From NCBI RefSeq assembly GCF_009914755.1, contig NC_060938.1: a stretch of 64,000 nucleotides of DNA. The stretch is one strand, 5' to 3'. Under the pieces are notes generated by a model. It saw only the letters and a list, made by a program, of their open reading frames with translations, searched no databases and was not told the origin of the DNA. Below, one piece after another: positions 16,432-27,806 of the stretch (position 1 is its first letter; every line of letters starts with the position of its first letter). This stretch comes from the human T2T-CHM13v2.0 reference genome, Homo sapiens. A program made the position numbers and the translations under genes.

Positions 16432-16912
16432 TGTAGCTGCACCAGACCAGTCTGATTCAACTTTTACATAACAAAGTTATGAGATGTTTTTCAGTTGTCA
16501 TGGACCCTCAGATCACGTGGCCTGAGCATGCCCAGAAGAACCAATCCTGCAATCACAGGGAGACCCTAAGTACCCCGACAGAAGAGCAGGAACTGAATTT
16601 AGAAGTGGACACCACATGGCAGGATCCAGGATCCAATCAGTAGAGTTTTGGTGTCACCCCATGACAGGATCCAGTCACATCATGCCTCCTGGCATCACCT
16701 CATTGCAAGATCCAATCAGATTATGCCTCATTACCCTATGCTTATAAAACCTGACCCAGCTCCCAGCTCAGAGAGGCACTGCTTTGGGAATTATCTCCTG
16801 TGTTCTCCTTACTTGTTACAAGTAACAAAATCCCTTTGCTAAATCTTTCTTGCCTGTGGTCATTGGGTTGATGCCCATCAAGTGATCAAATCCACCCATT
16901 ACGTGGGTAACA
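16432..16912 (+). mobile_element. Solo LTR (LTR47-like)
   Basis: TG...CA termini and a 4-bp TSD ATAT (16428-16431 and 16913-16916). Repeated GATCCAATCAG CCAAT boxes and a TATAAAA box at about 16743. Subfamily name from memory. Confidence 0.75.
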
Positions 16913-18681
16913 ATATGATATCTACCTTTGACCTTTTACGATTGATTTGTCAATATTAATTTGTAATAAACTTAGAGCATTGCAAATGATTCTTATAGCA
17001 ATACAAAGGAATTTTGCCCGTAGAGACAGAAATGATTTCTGCCTGGTAAAAAGGATTACAACCCAAAGGTCTAAGTTTTATTGTCCTGTATGACATTAAC
17101 CAATTTTGTGTGTAATTTAATAATTAATTCTAGAGTTACTTCTTTCAGTGACTACAAATACATCTGTTTCTCTCACATTTCTTTGAACCAGTTTTAGTAT
17201 CCTACTGGGTCTCTCATTAATGAAATAAGCAGCTCTTTAGTGTATACTGACTTTGTTTTTGCATGAGTCATGTCTTTAACCTTGTGAAAATTATACTTCA
17301 ATACTAATCGGCTTCTCAAAGCTCACAAACACAAGTCACAAATGGTCAACTGATAATGCTGATTAAAAGTCAGTTTTCTCAGTCAATGTAAGAAGCCAAA
17401 AAATGAGTTTCTGTGAAACAAAAATGTTGCCTGTTTTTCAACATGCTCAAAGCCCAGATGGGTTTAAAATTGCCTACAACTTGCCTAAGCTTTGAACTGA
17501 GACATTCTAAATTCACTATCAGAGGAAAAGATGGATGGGGTGGGAGTGGGAGGAGATGCATGGGAAGAGGAAACAAAGTGAAAAGACATTGTCCTGTCTA
17601 AGATGACTTTTCTAAGTTAGCCAGAATGCAAAAGGCCAGTTTGCTGACTAAGAGTTATGAACACAAACCCAGAAAGATGTGAGTGATGCTGTATTGTCTT
17701 AAATACTAGAGTCCTATTAATAATTCAAGTTTGAATAGAATGGAAAGAAACTTTTTATATTTAAAAGTGGGGAAAGGAGCAATCAATACTCCTTCCACCT
17801 TCAAGGGTCATGATGAAATTCATTATTTAGTGGCTCATTCTGGTCATGCAAGGCAAAGTTCCCTGGGCATGACCTGGGAAAAGAATATTAAAATGAAAAG
17901 AGATAAATTGGTCTGTGTAATAAAGTAAAAAGGATTGGAGAATTTTTCCTTAGCTTCTCTAAAGGGAGGATGTTTGGGGTCCCTGAGGGACTTAGAAAAT
18001 GTGAGAGAAGAGCGATGTTTCCATTGGAAGAACGCCCTAAAACTACAGAGGAAGATCCTTCCATGGAGTGAATAATCTTGAGGAAAACTCATACTGAATA
18101 TTTAATTTTGAATTTTTTCCTGCTGCTCCATAATTGCCCCAGTCCCTTCAGCCTTTCAGTAGAAATCTGTTACATTAGCAATGGTCTTGTGTAAATGGTA
18201 ATTTGGGGAATAGAGTTCACACATGAGAAGTGGTGAGAAGAGGGGACAGCAGCCACAAAAGCTGAGATGGCCAGACCAAGATCTGCGTGGAAGCCAGGAG
18301 GACGAGTTCAGCCTGAGAGGGGACTGGAAAAAGTCACCCTTCTACCTCTCTACCCTACTCCCAAGAAACCTGAGAAATGGGGGAAGCATGCTGGATTCCC
18401 TACATTTATATGAAAGGGGAACTCAGTTCATTTTTCTTAATTAAAAGATCACAGGATTCTAGAGGACTTGGGGATCCAGGTTACATAAATAAATCTTTAC
18501 AGTCTGAAGTGAGATAGTTATGAAAAGTAGATGGAAACCATCAAACCCAAACCTACGACTGTCTCAGTAATTTGCTAGTCTAGCATGTTCTTGCTAATTC
18601 AGAGCATGAGTAGTGCAGATTTTGAGGAGCTGATCTTTAAGAAAAAGAATACCAAATTACTGAGATAAAACGAGATGCAGC

Positions 18682-21600
18682 GGAGGATTCTTCAAGATGA
18701 CTGACTAGAGGCACCAAACTACAATGCAAAATAAGAAGGAAGGGAAAGGATATAGAAAATAACCAGACAAAAATTAATAAAATGACAAGAGGAATAAGCT
18801 TTCACATATCCATAATAACCTTGAAAGTAAACAGATTAAACTTTCCATTTAAAAGATATAGACTGACCAAACAGATTAAAAAATAACAATAATAACGTGA
18901 CCCAACTACATGCTGCCTACAAGTAACTCACCTCACCTGTAAAGATACATATAGACTAAAAGTAAATGTATGAAAAAAACATGCCATGCAAATGGAAACC
19001 AAAAGCAAACAGGAGTAGCTATACTTATATCAGATAAAACAGATGTTAAGTCAAAAATAGTAGAAAGAGATGAAGAATGTCATTATTCAGTGCTAAAGGG
19101 ACCAATTCAACAAGAGTATATAAGAATTCTAAATATATATGCACTCAACACCAGAACACCCAGATATATAAAGCAAATATTAGTAGATCTAAAGGGACAG
19201 ATAGACTCCAATATAATAATAGTTGGGGACTTCAACACCCCACTCTCAACATGAGACAGATAATCTAGACAGAAAATTAAAGAAACATTGGATTTAACCT
19301 GCACTTAAACCAAATAGACCTAACAGATATTTATAGAACATTTCATCCAATAGCTGCAGAATACGCATTCTTCTCACCAACACATGAAACATTTTCCATG
19401 ATAAACCATATGTTGGGACACAAAACAAATCTCAACAGATTTTTAAAAATTGAAATATCAAGTATCTTCTCAGATCACAATGGAATAAAACTAGAAAAAA
19501 ATCAATAACAAGAGGAGCTGTGGAAACCATACAAATACATGGATATTAAACAACAAGCTCCAGAATCACCACTGGATCAAGAAAGAAATTAAGGAGAAAA
19601 TAAAAAAATTCTTGAAACAAATGAAGATCAAAACACAACATAACTGAACCTAAGGGATACAACAAAAGCAATGCTAAGAGTGAAGTTTATAGCAATAAAC
19701 CCCTATATTAAAAATAGATTTCAAATAAACCATCAAACAATACACCTCAACAAACTAGAAAAGTGAGAACAAGCCAAATTCAAAATTAGTGGAAAGAAAT
19801 AATAAAGACCAGAGCAGAACTAAACAAAAAAGAGACTAAAATAATAATACAAAGGATCAATGAAACATTGTTTTTTTGAAAAAAATAAAATTCACAAGTA
19901 GCTAAACAAACTAAGAGAAAAAAGATAAAATCCACATAAATGAAATTAGAAATGAAAAAGGAAACATTACAACTGATACCAAAGACATACAAAAGATCAT
20001 CAGAGATTATTATGAACAACTGTACACTAATAAACTGGAAACCCTACAGAAAAATGGATACATTCCTGGACATATACAGTCTACTAAAATTCAGGAAGAA
20101 ATAGAAAACTTGAAGAGGCCAGTAATGAGTATGAGATTGAATGAGTGATAAAATGTCTGCAAACAAAGAAAAGCCCAGGATTGGATGGCTTTACTGCCTA
20201 ATTCTACCAAACTTACAAAAAAGACCTAACACCAATTCTCCTGGAAGTATTTCAAAAAAATGAAAAGGTTTTCTCCCTAACTTATTCTACAAGATCATCA
20301 TTACCCTGATACCAAATCAGTCAAGGATGCAACAACAACAACAACAACAACAAAAACTATGGGTCAATATCCCTGATAAGTATAGATGCAAAAATTCCCT
20401 CAACAAAATACTAGTAAACGATCCAACAGCATATCAAAAATAAATACACTATAATCAAGTGGGATTTTTTCCAGAGATACAAGGATGGCTCAACATATGC
20501 AAATCAATAAACGTGATACATCCTATCAACAGAATGCAGGATAAAAACCATATGATCCTCTCAATAGACACAGGAAAAGCATTTGATAAATTTCAACATC
20601 CTTCCATGATAAAAACTCATAACCAAGCGTAGAAAGAACATATCTCAATGTAATAAAAGACATTTGAGACAAACCGACAGCTAAATCATACCGCATGAGG
20701 AAAAGCTGAAAGCCTTTCATCTAAGAACTGAAACAAGACAAGGATGCCCAGTTTTATCCCTCCTGTTCAACATAGTACTGAACGTCCTAGCCAGAGCAAT
20801 CAAGCAAGAGAAAGAAATAAAAGGCATTCGAATTGGAAAAGGGGAGGTCAAAGTGTTCTTCTTTGCTGTTGATATACTCTTACATCTAGAAAACCTAATG
20901 ACGCTACCAGAAACTCTTAGATCTGATAAATAAATTCTGTAAATTTGCGGGATACAAAAGCAACCTACTAAAATCAGTAGCATGTCTATACACCAATAAA
21001 AAACTAGCTGAAAAAGCAATCAAGAAGTCAATCCCATTTACAATAACTACAATAAAGAAAATACATAGAAGTAAATTTAATTAACAAGGTGAAAGACTTC
21101 AGCATTGGGAAAACCACAAAACACTGGTGAAAGAAATTGAAGAGGACACAGACAAATGGAAAGACATTCCATGCTCATGGATCAGAAGAAGTGATCTTAA
21201 AATGACCACACTACCCAAAGCAGTCTACAGATTCAATGCTATTCAAATCAAAATACCAATGTCATTTTTCACAGAAATAGGGAAAAGAATCCTAAAATTC
21301 ATATGGAACCAATAAAGAGTCTGAATAACAAAAACAATCTTGAGCAAGTAGAACAAAGCTGGAGGCATCCAACAACCTGACTTTAAAATATATTAGAAAG
21401 CTATAGTAATGCAAACAGCAGGGTATTGGTATAAAAACAGACACATAGTTCAATGGAACAGAATAGAGACCCCAGAAATAAACCCACAAATTTATAGTCA
21501 ACTGATTTTTGACAAAAGCACCAAGACCATGGACTGGGGAAAGGACAGTCTCATCAATAAATGGTGCTGGGGAAATTGGATAGCCATATACAGAAAAACG

Positions 21601-21787
21601 AAACTGGACCCCTATCTTTCATCATACACAAAAATCAATTCAAGATGGATTAAAGACTTAAATGTAAGATCCCAAATGATAAAACTTCCAGTAGAAAACA
21701 GCAGACCCACTTTAGGACATTGGTCTAGACAGAGATTTTATAGCTAAGATCTCAAAAACACAAGCAACAAAAGCAAATTTAACCAAG
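18682..21787 (+). mobile_element. Old L1 (L1MA/L1PB-age): 5' stub joined to the inter-ORF region and a decayed ORF2, 3'-truncated
   Basis: Track fragments ...NGNQKQTGVAILISDKTD...VGDFNTPLS (18970-19254), [10 protein letters not shown] (21127) and WYKNRHI...KWCWGNW (21409). Confidence 0.9.
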
Positions 21788-22503
21788 GTGGAATGGGGTC
21801 ACTGCAAGTGGGACTTGCTTAGGCACTTGGCAGCAATGGCTGCCCATGGGGGACTCTGTCCTCAGGGAACTTGCAAATGTGTGACAGCCCCCCTGCCAGG
21901 GGTGCTGAGGTTGCTATCAGTGGCTTTCACTTTAGCCCCCATTGCAGCAGCCAGCAACAGCAGCTGCTGCAGGCACAGGGTGTCAATGGAACTCCAGGGA
22001 TGGGGAGGTGCAAGCCTCTTTGGCCCCAGGGCAGGATGTAGTCTGGTGAGGGCTGGGCTCTCAAAATGGCACCATGTATTTTTTGCTTAGGTCTTGGGTG
22101 GTGTGTGGGAGCCAGCGTGAGCTCCCTTGCTGGACCAATGCCATAGCCCCGTCTGCAGGCAGCTAGCTCCCTGTGTTAGTGTCAGGATCCGTGAGGATGG
22201 AGTGGGGCTCTTCTTTGTCTAGGATTGCAGGAGTTGGCAGTAGTGAGGTGGACCACTGAGGATCTCTTCTACCCTTTCCTCACAGTAGGTTCCTCACTCT
22301 TGGGCTCCTAGCTGATCCTAGCAGAGCAGACTGCCTCCCTTCCCTCTCCTTCCTTGCCTTAGATGTGTCCTGTCACTTCTCTGTTGAATTCCAAGGTTCT
22401 CTCTCAGATGCTCTATTGAGAGAGTAATTACTTACTTGCCGTTTTATTTCTTCTTTGTGGAGGAAGCCAGTGCTTGGTGCCTCCAGTCAGCCACTGAAGC
22501 CCC
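21788..22503 (-). mobile_element. L1MA-type 5'UTR fragment (antisense)
   Basis: The reverse complement starts GGGGCTTCAGTGGCTGACTGGAGGCACC. It is homologous to about 23700-24190 (shared AGTCTGGTGAGGGCTG.GCTCTCAAAAT, AGGATTGCAG and GTGGACCACT). Confidence 0.75.
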
Positions 22504-22514
22504 TTCTCTCGTAT

Positions 22515-24192
22515 CTAGTGTTTATCATAGCTCATTGAGTTTCTTTAATATCAATATTTGGAATTCTTTTTCAAGGATTTCATAGATTTCCTTCTCTGTA
22601 AGATCTGCTGCTAGAGAATTATTGTGTTCCTTTGGAGGTGTCATGTTTCCTTGCTTTTTCATGCTTCTTGTTTCCTTAGGGTGATATCTTCACATCTGGT
22701 GTGACAGCACTGCTCCCAGTTTTACGGATAGGCTTTCACAGGGAAAGAGCTTTCTACAAGGTTGGTCAGCCAGGGTGCTTTGGCTTTGATTCTGGGTGGG
22801 TGCAATACTATAGTCTCTGTATGATTTCTTTGGCTATAATCCGCCTCAGTGACTTCTGTGATTTTCTCAGTGGTTTAGGCTGCAGTGGAGCCTGAGGCAA
22901 AGCTTTGCTGGGGATGGGGATGACATGTGGGCCAGTCTTTAGGAACCAGTGGTGGCAGTGGCAGGCCTGGTGTGCCAGTCCTTGGAGGCCTGGGAGGTGT
23001 ATGCTGGCACTGGCAGTGGCAGGTCCAGGCAGGCACATCCTTGTGCCTCCAGGCGGCTTGCTTAGGTGCAGGCAATTGCAGTGGTGGGCTGGGAAGGTGT
23101 GTTCTCAGGCGCCTGGGAGATGTGCATATGGCGTCAGCAGTGGCAGTAGCAGTGGGGGGCCAACCTTCAGGCCCCTGGGTCACTCACATGGGTGCCAGCA
23201 GTGGTGGCAGCAGGCTGAGCAGACCAGTCACCAGGTCCCCGGATGGGAGCTGGCAGCGGCAGCAGCAGGCTGGGTGAGCATGGTCCAGGGGTGCAGCAGC
23301 GGGTAGGATGGGCCTGTCCCTGGACAGTGTGTGCAAGCTCCAGTAGCGGCAGCAGGTGAGCCTATCCCCAGGACCCCAGATGGCATGTGCATGGGAGCTG
23401 GTGGTAGTAGCTGGGGCGGGCCAATCCCCAGGCATCCTGACAGCTTGTGCAGAAGTGTGGTGGCTCTGCTCCTGGAGGGGCTAGGGTTGGTGTCAGTACC
23501 GCAGCCTAGGGCAGGAGGCTCTCAGGCTCTGGGGGGCACACATTTTGGCTCCCTTGGTCCCAGGGGCAGCCTCCGTGGTGCACTGCACCTGTTCTCTGGG
23601 GGGTAGGACACTGTGTTGACCAGACTGCTGGGTACAGAGCTGTGCCACTGGGACTCACCACAGTTGCAGTACTGTAGCTCTCAGGTGGACATGAGAGATC
23701 CCAGTGTGGCGCTGGGAATATGGAGATGCAGGGGCTGTGAGCAGCCAGGACAGGATGGAGTCTGGTGAGGGCTGCGCTCTCAAAATATTATTGTGCTGCA
23801 ACTGCTTGGGTAGGGGAGGGGGATTGGGACCCAGCACAAAATCCCCCCGCAGAACAATGCCGTTATGTGGCCTCCAAGCAGCTCCCATACTAGTCTCAGG
23901 GCCCACAGGGGCCTAAGGGCTTTCCCATAGCCAGGATTGCAGAGTTCACTGTGGGAATGTGGACCACTTTGGATCTCTCACTTATCTTTCGCCTGCCATT
24001 GGGAATTTCTCTTGGCTTCAGGATGCTTCGCTCCCCTCTCCTTACAAGCCTCAGAAGTGCTCTGTCACTCTCTTACTCAATTCTGGGGTTCTCTCTTGAA
24101 GTTCTGTTCGAGGTATGGTTATCTTCTTGCTGTTTTGGTCCTTCTTGGTGGAGGGTCTGGTGCCTGGTACCTCTAGCCCGCCATGTTCCCAT
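22515..24192 (-). mobile_element. L1MA-type 5'UTR and ORF1 N-terminus (antisense)
   Basis: The reverse complement starts GGGAACATGGCGGGCTAGAGGTACCAGGCA. A GC-rich degenerate internal repeat lies at 22940-23450. The minus strand near 22660 reads MKKQGNMTPPKEHNNSLAAD, an ORF1 start. Confidence 0.8.
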
Positions 24193-25099
24193 CACTTATC
24201 CTCCCCAGCTTTTAAAACAGTTTGGAGGTTTTAGTGGTAATCCTTTTGTTTTTGCTGTCTGGCCTGGAATCCATTAGCTTGGGTGGTCCTGAATCTATAT
24301 TGTTAAAAATCTATATGTATCCTTTTCCTTGCATCAATAACAGATTTTAGAAGTTTTTTTCTTTATTTCGTTTTTTTCATTTTTAGTTAGAAAAGGATAT
24401 GGTGCTAGCAGCAGGATAGAAAGAGATAAAAGGCATTCACACAGCTTTTTAGGAATAAATGCCTGGAAACTCTCCAGATTTATCAATTGCATGGTTCCAT
24501 TTTTATGAGAGTATTTTTAAAATTCTTTTATCATATAGGAAAGTATTTGATGTTATATGTTTTCCAAGGCACTTTTAGACACCTGATCTCATAAGATCTT
24601 TATAAGGAGCTTATTATTATGCAGAGTGTGTATTATTTTCTCTTACTTTCTTCCTTCTCTTTGCCCACCCACCCACCACAGTCTCCTGCCCTGAAATTTA
24701 ATGATGATAACACTGAAATAAAGCATAGCCAGAGAAATCCCTAAACTGGCACAGCAGGCCAGTGGGGGAGCTCAGATTGGATCTCTGGCTTCCTAACTCT
24801 TAGTCCAGTGGTCTTTTTCTTTGGAACTGTAAATAAATTCTTCCACCAATGTCCATGTCATTATTCTTTGCTCTCTATTTGCCATGATCTATAGTTTTGG
24901 TGGCTCAAAATACATTATCTTCCTGGGACTGGCTCTACCAAGAGCCAAGGACATTTGTGTTGGAGCTAGCAAGGGCCACAGTTAAATGGGTGAATGAACA
25001 GGCTGGATGGAAGGACTGTGGTGGAGGATGGAGATGCCAACCTTTCTCAGAACATGAGAAAGGTCTTCCTGTGTCCAGAGTTCTGTCCATTGCACTCAC

Positions 25100-26365
25100 A
25101 CACTCTTTCCTGGCTCTCCTCTTTTCTTCTCTGGCTACTTCTGTTTTGTTTGCCGCCATCCTTCTCCACCAGGCACCCAGTGTGAGTTCCCCAAGGCTAG
25201 TCTTAGTCCCCATTTCTTTCCCTATACTCTCTTCATATGTGGATTCAACCAGGCCTTTTCTTTTCAAATGTCATCTACATGCCAATGGCTCCCAAATCAA
25301 TTTCCACTCCAGACCTCTCTGTGCTCTGTCCCTTCAATGTAATTATGGACTTAATATTTCTACTAGGATGTCTCAAATTCTCAGAATGTTTCAGATAGAA
25401 CTTAGGATCTTCCCTCCTCCCCCAAATTGGTTTTCCTCCAGAATTTCCTTTCTACCACACCCCATTGCACAAGTCAGTAATCCTTGGAGCTCCTCTCTCC
25501 CTCACACTCTATAGTCTGTATATAATCATGTGCTCCCATCGGGTGACTTTGACAACTTCCCACTCCATTAGCCCACCCCCTAGTCTAAGCTACCACCATC
25601 TCTCACCTGGACTGCAACAGCTTCCCACCTGTTCTACCCAAATCCACTCTCGTCCCTCTCCTACTCATTCTTTACACCAAAGTCTATGTTGTGCATCACT
25701 GTTCAACCCCCTGACTCCCTGTGCTGAGGCCGCACTGGTCTTTTAGTTCCCTGTAGCAAGACATGTTCCCATGCCTCCTCTCCACCCCCTCCCTACCCCA
25801 CAACCACCATCGTCACAGGGCCTTTACTCATGGTCTACTGTATGCCCAGAGACTCCCCACCTCCAATCCACACACATACACAGCCATCTAGTTACCTCCT
25901 ACTCATCCTTCAGACCTACATCACTTTCCCAGACCCAGGTCATGTTCCTTCATTAGAAACTTGTCTCCAGTCATGTTCTGGACATGTGTATCTCAGATTT
26001 GTAATTACACTCCTTCACTCACTTAACAGCTCTTTACTAAGCACCTACTTTGTGCCAGGTACTGTCCTAGGCAACTGAATAATTAGTCAAGCAATTGAAA
26101 AATAAATGCTTGAGTATTTTCTGTTACTCTCAAGTACTAGGAAACTGAAAAAATACAATATAATTACCACAGGTAATTACATTCTATGAATAATTAATTA
26201 CAAGTTCATTTCTTTATTTATCTTTTTAATATCATTCCCACTCTAGGCCCTATGTTCAATGAGAGCTGGAACTGTGTATATTCTGGTCGACAAGTATCAT
26301 CAGCTCTCAGTGTAGTGCTAATGCCTAGCAGGTACTAAAACATTTGGGAAATTAATGAATATTTA
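25100..26365 (+). mobile_element. LINE-2 fragments (RT region to 3' end), with a short antisense L2 tail at about 26010-26080
   Basis: Pyrimidine-rich L2 motifs and the decayed RT motif FKCHLHANGSQI. The 3' end is CCTAGCAGGTACTAAAACATTTGGGAAATTAATGAAT. Confidence 0.7.
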
Positions 26366-27158
26366 CATTTGTAAATTAACAAGTGAATGAATAAATATAA
26401 TTTGAATATTATAACCTGGCTTACATTGAACTTGTGATATTTTAATGTTTAATAAATATTGTGATATACAATTCGAAAACAATTTCATGTGTGGGCGGCA
26501 AGACAACCTTTCCCCAACTTGCCCATTAACCTGTAAAAGATGTGAATAGTTACTCCCTTCTCCCCTCACTTTTGAGAAGTGGTTTCCGAAGAGCTAGCTG
26601 AACTTTGCTGCCATCTTTTGACCAAAGTTAATACTGCAGAGATAAAAGCTACATTCCGTAGAAATTCTCATTACAGCCTCTGAGTATCAATGAGTTCTAG
26701 CTTTGTGTAAAAATGCAAGAACGTGTTGCCACTTAAGAGGAAATACATGGCCACACTCGGTGCCTACTTCTATTATATGTTTCTTTCTTTATTTGCATAG
26801 CTATCTTCTATCCACTCTTTCTTCTGTATCCCAGCACCATGGTAAAGCTTAATAAATATTTTTTTATGTGAATATTCTAAGCGAACAGTAAGTGAACAAC
26901 AATTTAATATCAGGACGTGCAGTGTACAGACACCAAATAGACATTAGTTATTATTATTAACATTATCATTATTAAGACCCTTCCCCTGCAAAGTAGATGA
27001 CTTCAGGAAGACTCTAAGTTCCTACTTGCTTGTGGACACCTACCCCAAACTTTGTCTCTCTCTCTCCTCTCTTCTTTCCTCTCACCCTCCCCTTCCCTGG
27101 AAGGCCCATGAAAATTACTTTTCATTGCTATCTTAATCCCTTAAAATATATAAATACA

Positions 27159-27462
27159 GGCCGGGAATGGTGGCTAATGCCTGTAATCCCAGCACTTTGG
27201 AAGGCCAAAGCGGGCAGATCACTTGAGGCCAGGAGTTCAGGACCAGCTTGGCTAACATGGCAAAAGCACGCTAATAGTTGTCTACAAAAAAATACAAAAA
27301 TTAGCCAGACGTGGTGGCGCATCTCTGTAATCCCAGCTACTTGAGAGGATGAGGTGGAAGGATTACCTGAGCCCAGGAGGTGGAGATGGAGGTTGCAGTG
27401 AGCCGAGATCACACTGCTGCACTCCAGCCTGGGCAACAAAGTAAGACTCTGTCTCAAAAAAG

Positions 27463-27479
<17 letters not shown>
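27159..27479 (+). mobile_element. Alu (AluJb-like)
   Basis: Full dimer with J-type GGATT..CTGAGCCCAGGAG and a poly(A) tail. Confidence 0.93.
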
Positions 27480-27511
<32 letters not shown>

Positions 27512-27753
27512 TATATATATGTATATATATACACATACATATATATGTATATATATACACATATATGTGTATATATATACATATATATGTATATATATGT
27601 ATATATATACATATATATGTATATATATGTATATATATACATATATATGTATATATATACACATATATGTGTATATATATACATATATATGTATATATAT
27701 GTATATATATACATATATGTGTATATATATATGTATATATATACATATATGTG

Positions 27754-27785
<32 letters not shown>

Positions 27786-27806
27786 TATACACACATACAT
27801 ACATAT
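27479..27806. repeat. Compound (TA)n/(TATG)n/(CA)n microsatellite, about 330 bp
   Basis: Directly visible. It produces the spurious YIYI/VCVY ORFs. Confidence 0.98.

Noticed and set aside
22701-24277. Dense cluster of GC-rich overlapping ORFs resembling a gene or CpG island
   Set aside because: It lies in an antisense L1 5'UTR with degenerate GGCAG repeats and is CpG-poor.
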